64,000 nucleotides of DNA. It comes from Tubiluchus corallicola. Taxonomy: Eukaryota > Animalia > Priapulida. The DNA lies in the NCBI GenBank assembly GCA_030141605.1, contig JAQGDQ010000002.1, forward strand, positions 1,116,001 through 1,180,000. Direction: 5' to 3'. Shown here piece after piece: positions 61,055-64,000 of the stretch. The notes under the pieces are model-generated. The model was not told the DNA's origin and searched no databases. It saw only the letters and a list, made by a program, of their open reading frames with translations. The translations under genes and the position numbers were made by a program. The first letter of the stretch is position 1. Every line of letters begins with the position of its first letter.

Positions 61055-61559
61055 GTATCAGTTTAGCATATATTTAGAACTGTAATACAAGCTGTTTGAA
61101 CATTTTTTGGGGGGTTTCACATTACTTGAAGATGCACACACGTGATACACACTCATTAGAAAAAAGATGTTTTTTTACTCATTTTCAATGTTTTCGAGCA
61201 TGGGAATGAAAAAAGCGAATTATTTTTCTGTAATGTCGTAGTTTTGGATTGTGTAGGTGGCTTCGCTTGACCATTCATTTAATATATAGTCGATTTAATT
61301 CTTATTGTAACAACAGTCCTGAGGTAAATAGATACAAAGGTTTATTTGCTTCCAAAGTTGCAGCTAAAAATTGAATAAAATCATACAAAATGCAATATTA
61401 TAGTATTAAGTACTATTACAGTGTTATAATAGTGGTAAAACATGCCATAATACAATAAACCTCGATTAAAAAAATTAAATGAAAAAATAAGAGCAATTGC
61501 CAAAATCATGTTGTTACCATTTAAAAGTTTTCATGTAGGTACAGGTAGGTAAAATTTGT

Positions 61560-63970
61560 GATTTGTTTTATTGGTATGTTCTACCACAGTTTTCCTCTTC
61601 CTTAATCGCATTGAATGTAAATTTAAACGAACGGGTAATAAATGACAGTGTCTATCTGAAAAACATTTAAGTAAAACCATTAAAACAAGGTTATTACACC
61701 TCTCAATAAGTTTTCTTAAAATTCAAAGATTTCAGTACATCATCATAGCTGGAATACTGAGGGCCTATAATAATTTTGCAAATTCTTATACAAACATTTT
61801 CTACTTCATTGGCCAATTTAGTGCCAAAGCAGAACACTGTCGGAACACATAATTCTAAGTGGGGTCTAATGTATCCGCAACACATTTTACAGAATCCGTC
61901 AAACCACTTCCATGTCTCTTCCTAGTTCTTACCATGAACAATTTTTGGGTGGCTCTACCAATAATATAGTTTATTGTGAGTCCCATAAATGTGCATCCCA
62001 TTTTAAATTATTTTAAATGTACACACCTAGCACTTTTTTCTTGTTAACAACTAGCAAAGTGTTACTATCAATTTTTAATGGAGGCAGATCCGTTTTATTC
62101 GTTCCAAAATCAACATTGATGATTTTACATTTATTTAGATTGTTTCAATATCATTCAATCTTGAATGATTCAAGATCATTCAATATGACTCGTATTGTGA
62201 ATTGTTATACTAACAATTTTTTTCTACATTTGAAGAGATGCTCTGCGTTTGTTGCTAAACCATTTAACAAAATCAGAAACAGTACAGGACCAAGATGGAT
62301 AGCTTGAGGAACACCAGCATGCAGAACTGTAGAAACAGATAAATTGAAGTCATTTTGACTTTAGACTCGCACATAGATAGGAAAGAACAAACAACAAGCA
62401 AAGCGTCTTTGAAAATCTAGTAATGCCATCTTATCTACTACTCCTTTCTCACCAGTCGTATTTACTAAACAGTCATATAAATGTACCAAATAATGAGGTG
62501 CACCGGTTCCTTTAATATTTCCAAACTGTAAGGGATCTAAATTGTGTTTCAAATCTTGAATGAGCCACCCAGAAGCAATTTTTTCCAACAGTTTACCTAA
62601 CATAGCCGAAATTGTAATATGTCTCAAATCGTCAAGAGGCAACCTTCTATCTTTTTGGCACTGGTACCTTTATCTCTTTCTTACATTCTTGTGGAAGATG
62701 CTGCTGCTGAAGCGATGCATAAAACAGGTCACATGCAGATTCAGACAGTTCGACAGCAAATTCTGTGTACATGAAAAAGGGTATGTCATCTGGGAGTGAT
62801 GGTTTTGATGTATTAAGAGATGATAAACAATTTTTCACTAATCCTTGATTGATAATGTTGATTGTCCTATTGCTAGTAAGAAAGCCAGCAGTTTTTCTTG
62901 ATATAGAACAGGCATCGAGTTGCAAATGTTTTTTAAAAAATATATTTATGTTATTGCTGCTAGTACTTGGTCACCAATTTCTGGAAATATGTTTCAGTGG
63001 CCTGTGGATCATTGAGTTGCCACTTATATAATTGTCTGACAGCTTTGTATCAATCTGATGTATTTTTTTGTAAATTGTCCATTGCCTTGCTAAGGTATTT
63101 TTTCTTCGCTTTAGCCATTTCCACTTGTACTTTATTTCGAAAAATCTGATGTTGCTTGTTATATTTACCTCAGTGTTCCAAATCGGACCGGCATTACTTT
63201 TTAACCACCCATTTTAATCTATAGTGATTATATCGCTTACTTAATTGTTTCATAATACAATCGAGCTTATTTTCAACTAAAGACTTGATGGTGATATCTT
63301 GTCATGACTCATGAATGATTTGTGATCCACTATCCAAAAGCTCTTTTTCATTAGTGTCTGCAAAAGCCATATATGTTTTACTATATTTTTGGACTTTGGT
63401 TGCTGGGCTGCTAGATAAATAGATGACAGTCACTATTAGAAACCGATGGTAATATAGTAGGCGTGTCATAGAATTCCACTATTTGGTGGGTAACGAGTAT
63501 ACAGTCTAACACGTTATAGCTCAATGTTGATTCACGTGCTACCTGGTGCATCTTTAGGTTTCGGATGTCAGGCTGTGGTTTACATCATTGAAATTCCCAC
63601 ATATATTGATACTTGGTTATCTTTGTTTCACTGCATTATAGAATGAAAACAAATGTTGCACAAACAAATTTTCAAACTTGTATGAAACAAAAGGAGGAAC
63701 CAGGATAGTAAACAACAGAAAATATAATTGCCGTCAAGAATTCTTGGTAAAATTTTTGGGTTTTGCAGATGTCCACATAATTTCGATGTCAGCTGGACTG
63801 TCAGTAATTCGCAGGTTAATTCTTGTTTTTCACAGACTGCACCCCCCCCCACACTTCGTTTACGAGTCCGAGATTTGGAAAAAACTATATTCCACTATAT
63901 CTAACAAACTGCCTAAAGAATCTTGACTAAGCCATGTTTCACACACCCCAGCCAGGTCACGCTCATTTGC
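61560..63970 (-). mobile_element. Decayed near-full-length ORF2 of a non-LTR retrotransposon (APE + RT, CR1/L2 group) in the NUP214 intron
   Basis: Collinear minus-strand fragments: GVCETWLS (~63945, APE), GNFN (~63595), PDDIP...PQECK...VPVPK, LRHITI...KLLEKI...QFGN...LLDFQRRF, AGVPQAIHLGPVLF, KVLGV and YIRPHLE. Many stops and frameshifts. Confidence 0.88.
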
Positions 63971-64000
63971 ATAAACTGTACCTGTGGAATCATCCAATTT

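Overview
AT-rich eukaryotic genomic DNA, most likely from an invertebrate animal; it is not prokaryotic, and no CRISPR array, rRNA or intact tRNA was seen. Three protein-coding genes are supported. (1) A GT10 alpha-1,3-fucosyltransferase with a single-exon CDS (minus, 1926-3104). (2) A complete myosin phosphatase targeting subunit gene (MYPT1/PPP1R12A/Mbs-like, minus, 53990 to 6749), assembled by hand into 22 phase-consistent GT-AG exons giving about 937 aa. (3) The 5' part of a NUP214-like nucleoporin (plus, from 57569), head-to-head with MYPT, with about 960 codons in one 2.9-kb exon. Introns and intergenic DNA carry a well-preserved non-autonomous Buster/Charlie hAT element with a perfect 8-bp TSD, a Tigger/pogo-like MITE, a fold-back element, tRNA- and 5S-derived SINE remnants, decayed LINEs and a (TA)50 microsatellite. 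I see no demonstrably new biological system. The best leads are splicing and transcription hypotheses: an in-frame 33-nt microexon at the MYPT leucine-zipper switch position, further cassette or terminal exons, internal non-coding first exons in a CpG-rich part of MYPT intron 1, possible MYPT-FucT co-transcription, and apparent large-scale intron loss in NUP214. All exon calls were made by eye and need RNA evidence.
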